Source: Alphaproteobacteria bacterium (GTDB lineage Bacteria; Pseudomonadota; Alphaproteobacteria; SHVP01). From it: 64,000 bases of DNA. Location: assembly GCA_040216735.1 (NCBI GenBank), contig JAVJOO010000004.1, positions 19,019-83,018 on the forward strand, in the 5' to 3' direction. Both the position numbers and the translations under genes were made by a program. The notes beneath the pieces were generated by a model. That model saw only the letters and a list, made by a program, of their open reading frames with translations. It was not told the origin of the DNA and did no database searches. This document shows, one piece after another, positions 45,617 to 56,014 of this stretch. The stretch's first letter is position 1; the number at the start of each line of letters is the position of its first letter.

Positions 45617-47278
45617 TCATGCGGATTGTGCCGCGGCGCGAACCTGGGAAAGCGTTGCGCGGGGCGAAATTGCTTCCGGGTCCAGCATGATCTCGATGAG
45701 CGCCGGTCCGTCCTCCCGAAACGCAGCGGCGAGCGCCGGTTCGAATTGGTCGGTCCGCTCGACCCGGTGGGCCGGAAGCCCAAACGCGCGTGCCATCGCG
45801 GTGAAGTCGGGATTGGTCAGATCGGTGCCGCTGACCCGGCCGGGGAAATGACGCTCCTGGTGGCCCCGAATGGTCCCGAACATACCGTTGTTCACTACGA
45901 CAAACGTGACGCCCACATCGTAGCGCCGCGCAGTGGCGAGCTCGCTTGCTGTCATCATGAAGCCACCGTCGCCGGCAAAGGCAACCACGTGACGTTCGGG
46001 CGCGTGCAAACCGGCTGCGATTCCGGCTGGCACGCCGTAACCCATCGCGCCGCCGCAGGGAGCGATTTGCGTGCCCAAGCGCCGAAACGCATAGAACCGC
46101 TGAATCCACTGGGCGAAGTTCCCGGCGTCCGTCACGACGATATCGTCCGCCGTGAGCGCTTCGCGTAGGACGGCGACGACGGCGTTCATGTCGACGGCGC
46201 CGGGGTTCGGGCCTGGAGCGATGGACTTGGCGTAGGAATCGCACCTTTCGGTGCTCCAGTCGTGCCATGCGGGGTTCGGTGGCGGGGTCTGCTCCTCCAA
46301 AACGGCGGCAAAGGGACCAGGGTCGCTCAAGACCGCCACGTCGGGGACAAAAACGCGCCCGAGTTCCTTCGCATCTGGAAAAACATGAATCAGTTTTTGC
46401 GTCGGGTGGGGCGGGGTCAGCAGGCTGTAGCCCTTGGTGGCAAGGTCGCCGAGCCTCGTGCCCAAGGCCACGATGACGTCGGCGTCGCGGACGGTGGCCT
46501 CCAGCGCTGGATCGATTGCAAACGCCAAGTCGCCAACATAGCAGGGGCTGGTGTTGTCGAAGCGGTCCTGACGCCGGAAGCTGACGCATACCGGGATTTG
46601 CCAGCGGCGGGCCCACCGTTCCAGCGCCTCGCACTCGGATTGGCGCCACCCCGTGCCGCCGGCGATCACCAACGGCTTCGTCGCGCGGCGCAGGAGGGCG
46701 ACAGCCGCCTCGACGTCTGTCGGGGCCGGACGGACCGATACGCGATCGACCCGGTTCGATGCCGTCGGGTCGGCCATGTCCGACAGAATGTCTTCGGGGA
46801 GCGCGACCACAACCGGGCCCGGCCGTCCGGCCATGGCCTCGACAAACGCCCGCGCAACGATTTCTGGAAGCTCATCGGCGCTTTGGACGGTCGTCGACCA
46901 CTTGGTCGTCCAGCCGAACATCGCCTCGATATCGACCTCCTGGAACGCCTCGCGGCCGAGGAAGGGCCAGTCGACTTGACCAACGAAAATTATCATCGGA
47001 GTGGAATCCTGCTTTGCCGTATGGACGCCGACGCTGGCATGACAGGCGCCGGGGCCGCGCGTGACAAAGACGATGCCCGGCCTGCCGGTCAGTTTCCCCC
47101 AGGTTTCCGCCATATTCGCGGCCCCCGATTCGTGCCGGCAGGTGACGGTCTGAATTGTCGGCGCATCGTGCAGCGCGTCGAGAACCGGCAAGAAGCTCTC
47201 TCCAGGGACCTGGAAGACCGTGGTGACGCCCTGGGTGTGCAGGGCATCGACCAGAATTCGCCCACCGTGTCTCATCAT
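45617..47278 (-). CDS. thiamine-pyrophosphate-dependent enzyme (acetolactate synthase large-subunit-like)
   Basis: ATG 47278 inside ORF 45617..47359 (MMRHGGRILVDALHTQGVTTVFQVPGESF). TPP motif GDGGFMMTASELATARRYDVGVTFVVVNNGMFGTI. Confidence 0.85.
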   Translation of the reverse strand: MMRHGGRILVDALHTQGVTTVFQVPGESFLPVLDALHDAPTIQTVTCRHESGAANMAETWGKLTGRPGIVFVTRGPGACHASVGVHTAKQDSTPMIIFVGQVDWPFLGREAFQEVDIEAMFGWTTKWSTTVQSADELPEIVARAFVEAMAGRPGPVVVALPEDILSDMADPTASNRVDRVSVRPAPTDVEAAVALLRRATKPLVIAGGTGWRQSECEALERWARRWQIPVCVSFRRQDRFDNTSPCYVGDLAFAIDPALEATVRDADVIVALGTRLGDLATKGYSLLTPPHPTQKLIHVFPDAKELGRVFVPDVAVLSDPGPFAAVLEEQTPPPNPAWHDWSTERCDSYAKSIAPGPNPGAVDMNAVVAVLREALTADDIVVTDAGNFAQWIQRFYAFRRLGTQIAPCGGAMGYGVPAGIAAGLHAPERHVVAFAGDGGFMMTASELATARRYDVGVTFVVVNNGMFGTIRGHQERHFPGRVSGTDLTNPDFTAMARAFGLPAHRVERTDQFEPALAAAFREDGPALIEIMLDPEAISPRATLSQVRAAAQSA

Positions 47279-47345
47279 CGCGTCTCTCTCCTTGATCGGC
47301 GGCGGCCATTCGGCGCCGGGTGCGGCATTCTGCCACTGTTTTAAG

Positions 47346-47359
47346 TTGACGTGAGTCAA
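47346..47359. promoter_or_regulatory. FNR/FixK-type box upstream of ccoN
   Basis: Perfect palindrome TTGAC-GTGA-GTCAA about 80 nt upstream of the ccoN ATG 47440. cbb3 operons are classically FNR/FixK-activated. Confidence 0.7.
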
Positions 47360-47439
47360 TGTTCACTGGACGGCAGGCAGCAACAGTGGCCGCCGGTACG
47401 CAAACCGCGAGGGTTCACGTGAGCGCACAATCGGCATCT

Positions 47440-49071
47440 ATGGCGCGATTTGAGAATTGGTTCTGGCTATTGATCGTTGTGGCGGTTGCCCTCGTCGGTC
47501 TGGTAATGGCGAGCGGGGGCAAGGATGCTGCCTTTTCGTTCCATGGTGTGGTGTTTTTCGCCGCTGCGGCGATCGCTCTCATGGTGGTGGCGACGGGGTC
47601 GTATGACCGGGCCGCGGGCCACGTTAAACGGGATGACGATGGGTATAACGATCTGATCCTCAAGTGGGGCGTCGGTCTGGCCGTCTTCTGGGGTCTTGCC
47701 GGCTTTCTCGTCGGCCTCGTGATTGCACTACAACTGGCGATTCCGGCCCTCAACCTAGATATGCCCTGGACTGCTTTCGGTCGGCTCCGCCCACTGCACA
47801 CCTCGGCGGTGATTTTCGCCTTTGGCGGGACCGTTCTGATGACCACGTCGTTTCATGTCGTGCAGCGCACCTCTGGAGTGCGCTTGGCCGGTCGGTGGGC
47901 GCCGTGGTTCGTTCTCTGGGGCTACCAGCTTTTTATCGTTGTCGCCGCAACCGGCTATATCCTTGGCGTTACCCAGTCAAAGGAATACGCCGAGCCGGAA
48001 TGGTATGCCGATTTGTGGCTAACCATCGTTTGGGTCGCCTATTTGCTTGTGTTTCTCGAAACGCTACGGCGCCGCAAGGAACCGCACATTTATGTCGCCA
48101 ACTGGTTCTTCTTAGCGTTCATCGTCACTGTCGCACTGCTGCACGTCGTGAACGGGTTGAGCGTCCCGGTGTCGTTCCTGGGTTCGAAGAGCTACTCGTT
48201 GTTCGCGGGCGTGCAAGATGCGATGACACAGTGGTGGTACGGCCACAACGCGGTGGGGTTCTTCCTGACAGCGGGCTTCCTTGGCATCATGTACTATTAC
48301 GTGCCGAAGCGGGCCCAAAGGCCGGTCTATTCCTACCGGTTGTCGATCGTCCACTTTTGGTCGCTGATCTTTCTCTATATCTGGGCCGGGCCCCATCATT
48401 TGCACTACACCGCGTTGCCCGATTGGGCGCAAACGCTCGGGATGACGTTCTCGATCATGCTGTGGATGCCCTCGTGGGGCGGCATGATCAACGGCCTGAT
48501 GACGTTGTCTGGAGCGTGGGACAAGCTGCGCACGGATCCTGTCTTGCGTATGCTCGTGGTGTCGGTCGCGTTCTACGGGATGAGTACGTTCGAAGGACCG
48601 CTCATGTCGATCAAGGCGGTCAACGCTCTCAGCCACTACACCGACTGGACCATCGGGCACGTGCACTCCGGTGCCTTGGGGTGGGTTGGGTTCGTCAGCT
48701 TCGGCGCGCTGTATCACCTCGTGCCGGTACTCTGGAAGCGTCAGCGCCTCTATTCGGTTCGCTTAGTCGAATGGCATTTTTGGGTGTCGTCGATTGGGAT
48801 CGTTTTCTACATCACCGCGATGTGGGTATCTGGAATCCTGCAGGGATTGATGTGGCGGGCCTACGATGCGGTCGGCTTCCTGGAGTTTTCGTTTGCGGAA
48901 ACGGTTGACGCCATGATGCCCTTCTACGCAATCCGGGCACTGGGCGGATTCCTCTACGCTGCCGGCGCATTCGTGATGGCCTATAACCTCTACCGGACCG
49001 CCCGCGGCGATCTGCGCGCAGAGGAGCCGTTGGGATCGACGGCGCCCGCCTCTTCGGCAGCAACGGCCTAG
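47440..49071 (+). CDS. ccoN: cbb3-type cytochrome c oxidase subunit I
   Basis: ATG 47440 inside ORF 47359..49071 (the ORF's first ATG lies inside the FNR box). Polytopic, with haem-copper His motifs ([48 protein letters not shown]). Confidence 0.95.
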   Translation: MARFENWFWLLIVVAVALVGLVMASGGKDAAFSFHGVVFFAAAAIALMVVATGSYDRAAGHVKRDDDGYNDLILKWGVGLAVFWGLAGFLVGLVIALQLAIPALNLDMPWTAFGRLRPLHTSAVIFAFGGTVLMTTSFHVVQRTSGVRLAGRWAPWFVLWGYQLFIVVAATGYILGVTQSKEYAEPEWYADLWLTIVWVAYLLVFLETLRRRKEPHIYVANWFFLAFIVTVALLHVVNGLSVPVSFLGSKSYSLFAGVQDAMTQWWYGHNAVGFFLTAGFLGIMYYYVPKRAQRPVYSYRLSIVHFWSLIFLYIWAGPHHLHYTALPDWAQTLGMTFSIMLWMPSWGGMINGLMTLSGAWDKLRTDPVLRMLVVSVAFYGMSTFEGPLMSIKAVNALSHYTDWTIGHVHSGALGWVGFVSFGALYHLVPVLWKRQRLYSVRLVEWHFWVSSIGIVFYITAMWVSGILQGLMWRAYDAVGFLEFSFAETVDAMMPFYAIRALGGFLYAAGAFVMAYNLYRTARGDLRAEEPLGSTAPASSAATA

Positions 49072-49080
49072 GAGGGCAAC

Positions 49081-49812
49081 ATGGCAAACCGGCACGAAAA
49101 GGTCGAAAAAAACTCGATCCTCATGGTGATCCTGGTGCTGATCGTGGTCTCGATCGGCGGCATCGTCGAAATTGCGCCGCTCTTCTACCTCGAGAGCACG
49201 ATCGAAGAGGTCGAGGGCGTGCGTCCTTACTCTCCGCTGGAGCTGTCGGGACGCAATATCTATGTTCGCGAGGGATGCTATCTGTGCCACAGCCAGATGA
49301 TCCGGTCGCTGCGTGACGAGGTCGACCGCTACGGTCACTACAGCCTCGCTGCGGAAAGCATGTACGACCATCCGTTCCAATGGGGCTCGAAACGTACAGG
49401 ACCGGATTTGGCGCGAGTCGGTGGACGTTATTCCGACGAGTGGCATGCCGTGCACTTGGCCGATCCACGAAGCATTGTGCCCGAGTCGGTCATGCCACCC
49501 TATGCCCATCTTGCCCGCCGCGAGTTGGATTTCGGTCAAATTGAAGGAGAACTCCGCGCGAACCGAATTGTCGGCGTGCCTTATTCCGACGAGATGATCG
49601 CCAAAGCGGAAGCCGACCTTCGAATCCAGGTCGATAGCGAGTCAGCGGACGTTGACGCTTTTCTCGCGCGCTATCCAAAGGCTCAGGTTCGCGACTTCGA
49701 TGGGAATCCGGATCGAATATCCGAACTCGATGCGCTGATCGCCTACCTTCAGATGCTGGGGACACTCGTCAATTTCGATGTATTCCGGGCTGAAGGCAGC
49801 AACCTGAGGTGA
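49081..49812 (+). CDS. ccoO: cbb3-type cytochrome c oxidase subunit II (monohaem)
   Basis: 243 aa with an N-terminal TM and haem motif [34 protein letters not shown] is a CcoO hallmark. Confidence 0.95.
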   Translation: MANRHEKVEKNSILMVILVLIVVSIGGIVEIAPLFYLESTIEEVEGVRPYSPLELSGRNIYVREGCYLCHSQMIRSLRDEVDRYGHYSLAAESMYDHPFQWGSKRTGPDLARVGGRYSDEWHAVHLADPRSIVPESVMPPYAHLARRELDFGQIEGELRANRIVGVPYSDEMIAKAEADLRIQVDSESADVDAFLARYPKAQVRDFDGNPDRISELDALIAYLQMLGTLVNFDVFRAEGSNLR

Positions 49813-49819
49813 AGACACG

Positions 49820-49975
49820 ATGACCTATAGTGCGATGGCACATCTCGCCGAGACGTGGGGGCTTGCCTACCTCTTTGCTCTTTTCTTGCTAGTCCTGGTT
49901 TATGCCTTCTGGCCCCGCAACAAATCGAAATTCAATGCCGCGGCTCAAATTCCGCTGCGCGATGGGGAGGAATAG
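49820..49975 (+). CDS. ccoQ: cbb3-type cytochrome c oxidase subunit CcoQ (51 aa; below ORF-track cutoff)
   Basis: Hand translation: MTYSAMAHLAETWGLAYLFALFLLVLVYAFWPRNKSKFNAAAQIPLRDGEE*. Single TM plus the FWP..NK..F motif. It sits between ccoO and ccoP. Confidence 0.75.
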   Translation: MTYSAMAHLAETWGLAYLFALFLLVLVYAFWPRNKSKFNAAAQIPLRDGEE

Positions 49976-49977
49976 TC

Positions 49978-50838
49978 TTGCCGACGAAGGGTGAAAAGGA
50001 CGAATTCTCCGGTATTGAGACGACCGGGCACGAGTGGGACGGCATTCGCGAACTAGACAATCCGTTGCCGCGTTGGTGGGTGTGGGTCTGGGCGATCTCT
50101 ATCGTTTGGGCCATTGCCTACTGGATCGTTATGCCGGCTTGGCCGGGATTGACCGGGCATACGAGCGGGGTCATTGGATATTCGCAGCGGGCCATTGTTG
50201 CTCAGAGGATCGACGACGCCAAAACGGCGCGCGGTCCAATCGCCGCCCGGGTTGCGGCAGCGCCACTGGATCAGATTGAACGAGATCCGGAGCTTCTCAC
50301 CTTTGCGCTTGCCGCGGGCGCATCCGCCTTTTCGGTCAATTGCGTTCAATGTCATGGCAGCGGTGGGATCGGCGCCAAAGGTTTCCCCGCATTGGTGGAC
50401 GACGCTTGGATCTGGGGCGGGACGCTCAATGAAATTGAGCGCACGTTGAAGGTCGGAATTCGCGCTAATCACCCCGAGACCCACGACAACCAAATGCCAG
50501 CCTTCTTGACCGACGAGCTCTTAACCGAAGCCGAGATCAGGGATGTTGCGCGCTTTGTTCAGTCACTGTCGGATGGCACCAAACCGCGAGGTGACGGCGC
50601 AGCCCTCTATGCCGACAATTGCGCTGTCTGCCATGGTGAGACGGGGCAGGGTAATACCGAACTCGGGGCGCCCCGATTGTCGGATTCGATCTGGCTGTAT
50701 GGAGGCGATCTTGCCTCCATCATTGAAACGATTTCACGTAGCCGCGCCGGGGTGATGCCGGCTTGGGAAGATCGCCTTGACACGGCGACGCTCCGGTCGC
50801 TGACGGTCTATGTCCACGCGCTCGGCGGCGGTTTGTAG
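49978..50838 (+). CDS. ccoP: cbb3-type cytochrome c oxidase subunit III (dihaem)
   Basis: TTG 49978 (3 nt after the ccoQ stop) inside ORF 49855..50838. TGHEWDGIRELDNPLPRWW, and two haem motifs CVQCHG and CAVCHG. Confidence 0.9.
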   Translation: MPTKGEKDEFSGIETTGHEWDGIRELDNPLPRWWVWVWAISIVWAIAYWIVMPAWPGLTGHTSGVIGYSQRAIVAQRIDDAKTARGPIAARVAAAPLDQIERDPELLTFALAAGASAFSVNCVQCHGSGGIGAKGFPALVDDAWIWGGTLNEIERTLKVGIRANHPETHDNQMPAFLTDELLTEAEIRDVARFVQSLSDGTKPRGDGAALYADNCAVCHGETGQGNTELGAPRLSDSIWLYGGDLASIIETISRSRAGVMPAWEDRLDTATLRSLTVYVHALGGGL

Positions 50839-50847
50839 GCTAGTCGT

Positions 50848-52353
50848 ATGGATCAAGCCGCGGGTCTGAACGTGGCGCCTGCCCAAGCGGCGAATGGCGT
50901 CGAACGGATCGACGCCCGCGCGGTGAACTCGCCCCAGCAGCGGTCTCTCTATAAGAGCCGTGACAAGGTCTACCCCAAGCTGGCCCACGGTACCTTCCGC
51001 CGCCTCAAGTGGCTGGTGATGCTGGTATCCCTATCGATCTACTACCTTACGCCATGGATCCGTTGGGAGCGTGGCCCGGATCTCCCGAACCAAGCCGTTC
51101 TACTCGATTTTCCCGGACGGAGATTCTATTTCTTCTTCATCGAGATTTGGCCCCAAGAAGTCTACTACCTGACTGGGCTCTTGATTCTCGCATCGCTCAT
51201 TCTGTTCCTTGTCACCAGTCTCGCTGGGCGAGTGTGGTGTGGCTATGCGTGCCCGCAGACGGTCTGGACAGATTTGTTCGTGGCCGTCGAGCGCTTCGTC
51301 GAAGGCGATCGGAACGCTCGGATCAAGCTCGACCGCTCAAAAATGAATGCATCCAAACTCGCGAGAAAATCGGTCAAACATCTCATTTGGATTCTAATCG
51401 CGGCTGCGACCGGCGGAGCATGGGTTTTCTATTTCGACAATGCGCCGACCCTTGCCCGAGACTTGCTGACCCTGGACGCACCATTCGTTGCCTATCTATT
51501 CATCGGCATTTTCTCGGCCACGACCTACACGCTAGGTGCGCTGGCAAGGGAACAGGTTTGCACCTACATGTGCCCGTGGCCACGCATACAAGCTGCGCTC
51601 CAGGATGAGCATTCGTTGGTCGTCTCTTACCATCCCGAACGGGGCGAGCCCCGAGGCCCGCATAAGAAAAACGAGCCGTGGCAGGGGCGTGGCCATTGTG
51701 TGGATTGCAACCAATGCGTGGCCGTATGTCCTGCGGGGATCGATATTCGAGACGGGCAACAACTGGAGTGCATCTCATGCGCGCTCTGTATCGACGCGTG
51801 TAACGGTGTGATGAAGAAGGTGGGCCTCCCGGCCAACTTGATTTCCTACGACACGTTGGCGGGAATCGAGGCGAAGGCGGATGCAGAGGCCGTTCGCTAC
51901 CGCTTCGTGCGACCTCGGACGGTGATCTATGCTGTCTTAATTGTCGTTGTGGGGCTCGTGATGGCAGGGGCTTTAGTGTCCCGATCAGACCTCGACTTGA
52001 CCATCCAACGGGATCGCTCACCGTTATACGTCGCCCTCTCGGACGGATCGATCCGAAATGGTTATACGCTCAAAGTATTGAACAAGAACCACGAGGCCAA
52101 ATCCTTTGCGCTCCGTCTTGAAGGTTTGCCCGGCGCATCACTCCAAGTTATAGGCGCTCAATCCCTGGAGCAGAATGCGACGGCAGTACTCGATGTGCCG
52201 GCAGACAAACTGAGAAGCTTCCGGGTTTATGTGACTGCGCCGCCTTCTTCCGTTCCGTCCGGGTTGGCGCAGATGACCTTTACTATTGAGGACAACGACG
52301 GCGACTCAACGGCGTCTTACCGCGGGACCTTTCGTGGCCCAGGTCGAGAGTAG
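50848..52353 (+). CDS. ccoG: cbb3 oxidase accessory 4Fe-4S protein CcoG/FixG/RdxA
   Basis: 501 aa with GRVWCGYACPQTVWTD, CTYMCPWPR, CVDCNQCVAVCPAGIDIRDG and CISCALCIDAC. Confidence 0.9.
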   Translation: MDQAAGLNVAPAQAANGVERIDARAVNSPQQRSLYKSRDKVYPKLAHGTFRRLKWLVMLVSLSIYYLTPWIRWERGPDLPNQAVLLDFPGRRFYFFFIEIWPQEVYYLTGLLILASLILFLVTSLAGRVWCGYACPQTVWTDLFVAVERFVEGDRNARIKLDRSKMNASKLARKSVKHLIWILIAAATGGAWVFYFDNAPTLARDLLTLDAPFVAYLFIGIFSATTYTLGALAREQVCTYMCPWPRIQAALQDEHSLVVSYHPERGEPRGPHKKNEPWQGRGHCVDCNQCVAVCPAGIDIRDGQQLECISCALCIDACNGVMKKVGLPANLISYDTLAGIEAKADAEAVRYRFVRPRTVIYAVLIVVVGLVMAGALVSRSDLDLTIQRDRSPLYVALSDGSIRNGYTLKVLNKNHEAKSFALRLEGLPGASLQVIGAQSLEQNATAVLDVPADKLRSFRVYVTAPPSSVPSGLAQMTFTIEDNDGDSTASYRGTFRGPGRE

Positions 52354-52363
52354 GAATAAGGGC

Positions 52364-52828
52364 ATGATCAAAGGTCGACATGTTCTGTTTGGGCTCTTGG
52401 GGGGATTTGGGGTCATCCTGATTGCAAATGGCGCTTTCGTGTTTTTTGCGACAACGACATTTCCCGGGAACGAAGTAGACGACCCCTACCGGCGCGGACT
52501 TGCCTATAACGAGACCCTTCAGGCCGACCGCGATCAACGGCTTGGCGGGTGGCGGGCGACGGTAGCCGCGAACCACACAGGCATCGAGATCGACCTCGAA
52601 GTTCCAAACGACCTTGCTCTGACCGGGTTCCTCCTGACCGGCGCTGTCCGGCGTCCTGGCCGGCCCGATCTCGACCGCGACGTCGTATTCGAAATGGGCG
52701 CGAATGGGCGGTATCGGAGTGCCATCGATCTAGCACCGGGTCGGTGGGAGGTTCAGGCGAGCGTAACCGATGCAAATGGGAACGAACTCTTACGCTTGCG
52801 CGAAACGTTCGGCGTTCGGAGCCGCTGA
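52364..52828 (+). CDS. ccoH: cbb3 oxidase assembly protein CcoH/FixH
   Basis: ATG 52364 inside ORF 52286..52828. N-terminal TM (HVLFGLLGGFGVILIANGAFVFFA), then DPYRRGLAYNE. It sits between ccoG and ccoI. Confidence 0.8.
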   Translation: MIKGRHVLFGLLGGFGVILIANGAFVFFATTTFPGNEVDDPYRRGLAYNETLQADRDQRLGGWRATVAANHTGIEIDLEVPNDLALTGFLLTGAVRRPGRPDLDRDVVFEMGANGRYRSAIDLAPGRWEVQASVTDANGNELLRLRETFGVRSR

Positions 52829-55044
52829 TGTCGCTTACGGCAGTTGTTGATCCTTTGGTACAGCCAACAACCGTTACGCTTGCGCCGGACTCCCATGATT
52901 CGTTCGTTGTTGTCCAGGACGACGGGAGCCGATCGCTCTCCGCGTTCGTGCGCAACATCGTCTGCGCTGCATGCGTTCAGCGTATCGAGCGGGTGCTTCA
53001 TCGGGCGCCCGGGGTGGTCGAGGCGCGCGTCAACATGACAACCCACCGCCTTCATCTCCGCTGGGATCCTTCGGTGACGGGTACTCAGTCGTTGCTCGAC
53101 AAACTGGAAAGGGCAGGGTACCCGGCGGTACCTTTGCTGGAAGATTTGCGCGCCGACGGTGCGCGCGCAGATCGGCGCCTACTGCGCTGCCTAGCGGTTG
53201 CCGGTTTTGCGGCCGCCAACGTCATGCTTCTCTCGGTGGGCGTCTGGGCCGGTTTCGACATGGGCCCCGCCACCAAGTCGCTTTTGCATTGGGTTTCCGC
53301 GATGATCGCGATGCCCGCTGTCGCCTATGCTGGCCGCCCGTTCTTCTATTCGGCGGTGACGGCTTTGAAGGCTCGGCGCCTCAACATGGACGTGCCGATC
53401 AGCCTCGCGATTCTGTTGGCCGTGGGTCTCAGTGTCGTTCAGACCCTAGCGGGCGGCGACCAGGTCTATTTTGACGCGTCGGTCTCGTTGCTTTTCTTCC
53501 TATTAATCGGGCGGTATCTCGACGGTCGCGCGCGCAGCAAAGCACGGCAGGTCGGCGAGCAGTTGTTGGCGCTCTCGGCGACATCGGCGACGGTCATTGA
53601 GGACAACGGCGCGCGACGGGTTCTACCTGTGGCACACATCGAAAAGGGGATGCGCGTCGAGGTTTTGCCAGGGGACCAGATACCGGTCGACGGTAGCGTT
53701 CTCTCCGGACGATCGGACGTCGATCTCTCGGTGGTAAACGGCGAAACGGTCCCGCGAGCCGTCGGGCCGGGCTCGGAGGTTTTCGCGGGGACGGTAAACC
53801 GAACGGGTTCGCTTGTCGTTGCAGTGAGCGGCGCAGGCGAGAACACGTTGCTCCAAGAAATTGTTCGCCTCATGGAGGCGGCGCAGCAGACCCGTTCCGG
53901 GTATGTCAGGCTTGCCGACCGCGCCGCTGCGGTCTACGCGCCGCTGGTCCATGCGTTGGCGCTCGTTGCGTTTGTGCTCTGGGCCTTTCCGTTGGGATTT
54001 GGCGCCGAGAGAGGGCTGCTCATCGCCATCTCGGTCCTCATCATTACCTGCCCGTGCGCGCTCGGCCTTGCGGTTCCGGTGGTCCAGGTCGTCGCCAGCG
54101 GTGCGCTGTTTCGGCGCGGCATTTTGCTCAAAGAGGGCGACGCGCTCGAACGGTTGGCGCAGGTCGATACCGTTGTTTTCGACAAGACCGGTACTTTGAC
54201 CACGGGCGATCTCAAGTTAGCAAACGCCGATTTAATACCCCACGAGGATCTGGTTCTTGCGGCGCGGCTTGGTGCCGGGAGCCGGCATCCGTTAGCCCGT
54301 GCGATCGCGCGGTTTGCCGAGAACCGGGAACCGTTGGAGGTCCGAGAGGAGCCCGGTATGGGCGTCGAGCATACCGGCATGGCAGGAACAGTTCGTCTCG
54401 GTAGCCGGATCTGGTGCGAAGTGGACCTCGCGGTTGTTCCATCCGGCCCGGAGCTATGGCTTCGGCGAGACGACGGTAGGCTCACGCAGTTTTGTTTTCA
54501 CGACACGCTCCGCGAGGACGCCGTCCAGGCACTGCAAGAGTTGCGCAAGGCCGGGCTCGACCTTTCGATCCTGTCTGGCGACACAGCGCCAGCGGTTGAG
54601 ATCGCGGCCCATGCGTTGGGGGTGAGCGACTGGCAGGCCGGTTGCCGGCCTGACGAAAAAATTCGTGTGCTTCAGGAACTTGCGGCCGAGGGTCGCAAGG
54701 TATTGATGGTTGGCGATGGCCTCAACGACGCACCGTCGTTGCGGACCGCATATGTCTCGATGTCGCCGGCGTCGGCGATGTACTTGAGTCAGACCGCGGC
54801 CGATCTCGTGTTTCAGGGTGACGGGTTGGCCGCAGTTCCCGTCGCTATCCGCGTGGCCCGCCAATCGCGACGCCTGATCCTTCAGAATTTTTCACTGGCC
54901 GCGCTGTACAATGCGATTGCGGTGCCGTTGGCTGTTGCCGGTCTGGTTACACCGCTGGTCGCCGCCGTGGCGATGTCGTCGTCGTCGATCGTCGTGACAG
55001 TCAATGCGTTGCGGTTGCGGACGAGAAACGGGCATGCGAAATGA
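52828..55044 (+). CDS. ccoI: copper-translocating P1B-type ATPase CcoI/FixI
   Basis: ATG 52828 inside ORF 52549..55044 overlaps the ccoH stop. N-terminal CAAC metal site, TM CPC (ITCPCALGLA), DKTGTLT and GDGLNDAP. Confidence 0.9.
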   Translation: MSLTAVVDPLVQPTTVTLAPDSHDSFVVVQDDGSRSLSAFVRNIVCAACVQRIERVLHRAPGVVEARVNMTTHRLHLRWDPSVTGTQSLLDKLERAGYPAVPLLEDLRADGARADRRLLRCLAVAGFAAANVMLLSVGVWAGFDMGPATKSLLHWVSAMIAMPAVAYAGRPFFYSAVTALKARRLNMDVPISLAILLAVGLSVVQTLAGGDQVYFDASVSLLFFLLIGRYLDGRARSKARQVGEQLLALSATSATVIEDNGARRVLPVAHIEKGMRVEVLPGDQIPVDGSVLSGRSDVDLSVVNGETVPRAVGPGSEVFAGTVNRTGSLVVAVSGAGENTLLQEIVRLMEAAQQTRSGYVRLADRAAAVYAPLVHALALVAFVLWAFPLGFGAERGLLIAISVLIITCPCALGLAVPVVQVVASGALFRRGILLKEGDALERLAQVDTVVFDKTGTLTTGDLKLANADLIPHEDLVLAARLGAGSRHPLARAIARFAENREPLEVREEPGMGVEHTGMAGTVRLGSRIWCEVDLAVVPSGPELWLRRDDGRLTQFCFHDTLREDAVQALQELRKAGLDLSILSGDTAPAVEIAAHALGVSDWQAGCRPDEKIRVLQELAAEGRKVLMVGDGLNDAPSLRTAYVSMSPASAMYLSQTAADLVFQGDGLAAVPVAIRVARQSRRLILQNFSLAALYNAIAVPLAVAGLVTPLVAAVAMSSSSIVVTVNALRLRTRNGHAK

Positions 55045-55199
55045 CCGTTTTGTTGATCCTTATTCCTGCGGCGTTGTTCCTGGGCCTTCTCGGTCTAGTC
55101 GGGTTCCTATGGGCGTTGAATTCAGGCCAGTTCGACGATCTCGACCGGGCCGCGCATAGCATCCTCATGGAAGACGACGACGCACCGACGGAGGGCTAG
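55041..55199 (+). CDS. ccoS: cbb3 oxidase maturation protein CcoS/FixS (52 aa; below ORF-track cutoff)
   Basis: Hand translation: MTVLLILIPAALFLGLLGLVGFLWALNSGQFDDLDRAAHSILMEDDDAPTEG*. The ATG overlaps the ccoI stop (ATGA). FLWA..SGQFDDL is the CcoS signature. Confidence 0.8.
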   Translation: MTVLLILIPAALFLGLLGLVGFLWALNSGQFDDLDRAAHSILMEDDDAPTEG

Positions 55200-55972
55200 T
55201 CGGCGACCAGCGAGCGGTAGGCATGCCATGTGGCGTGGCCGATCAGCGGGAAGACGAAGACGAGACCGACATAGAACACTACCATCCCCGATACGGTCAG
55301 CACGACGATCAACCAAGCCCAGAGCATCATGGGGGCAAAGTTCGTCCGTACCGCTTTGATGCTCAATAGCATTGCGCTGACGGCATCGGCGTCCCGGTCC
55401 AAAAGGTAGGGAACGGCTATGGCGCTGATCGCAAACACGGTAAAGGCTAGGACCGCGCCGACCGCCGTGCCGATCGCGAGGAACGCAATACCGCGCACGG
55501 TGAGAAGCAGGCTGGGGATGAACTCCTCAAGCGGCGGGGCCTCGAGTCCGTAGAAAACCGCGAAGAGGAAAAACGCGAGATAGATCCACGCCATCAGGAA
55601 GAACGTCAGGGCAAAGCCGAAGTAGGCTAACTGCAACGGCGACCGCGGTCGCACAACATAGGTTGTGATCGACCCCACATCGAGACCCGCCTCCCGGCGG
55701 CGGCTGGCCTCATAAAGACCGATTGCGAGAATTGGCGCGAGTTGCATAAAGCCGGCGGCAAAGGGGATCACCAGGAACAGGGTGTCGAAGAAGATCAGGC
55801 CCGCACTCAGCGCGTAACTAAGCATCAGCACCACGAAGCCGTAACCGAGGCTAATACCTGGATTTGCTCTCAGATCTTGCCAGCCCGCGGCAAGCCACTG
55901 CCATGGCTCGGTCATAGCGATTTTTTTGACCTGCGGCATAGAACTAGTGTGAGCGACGTCGACCATCGGCAC
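55196..55972 (-). CDS. integral membrane protein, DUF2189-like (often cco-associated; from memory)
   Basis: 258 aa. PWQWLAAGWQDLRANPGISLGYG is followed by several TM segments. The start could be a downstream Met. The stop shares the tetranucleotide CTAG with the ccoS stop. Confidence 0.7.
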   Translation of the reverse strand: MPMVDVAHTSSMPQVKKIAMTEPWQWLAAGWQDLRANPGISLGYGFVVLMLSYALSAGLIFFDTLFLVIPFAAGFMQLAPILAIGLYEASRRREAGLDVGSITTYVVRPRSPLQLAYFGFALTFFLMAWIYLAFFLFAVFYGLEAPPLEEFIPSLLLTVRGIAFLAIGTAVGAVLAFTVFAISAIAVPYLLDRDADAVSAMLLSIKAVRTNFAPMMLWAWLIVVLTVSGMVVFYVGLVFVFPLIGHATWHAYRSLVAD

Positions 55973-56014
55973 CTCCCTGGTGCGGCATCATAGCGGCCCA
56001 GGGGGGACAACCGG

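Noticed and set aside
47359-47439. ATG 47359 as the ccoN start (the ORF-track start).
   Set aside because: That ATG begins at the last base of the FNR/FixK palindrome, which should be promoter DNA. The downstream ATG 47440 gives a sensible CcoN N-terminus, and GTG 47419 remains possible.
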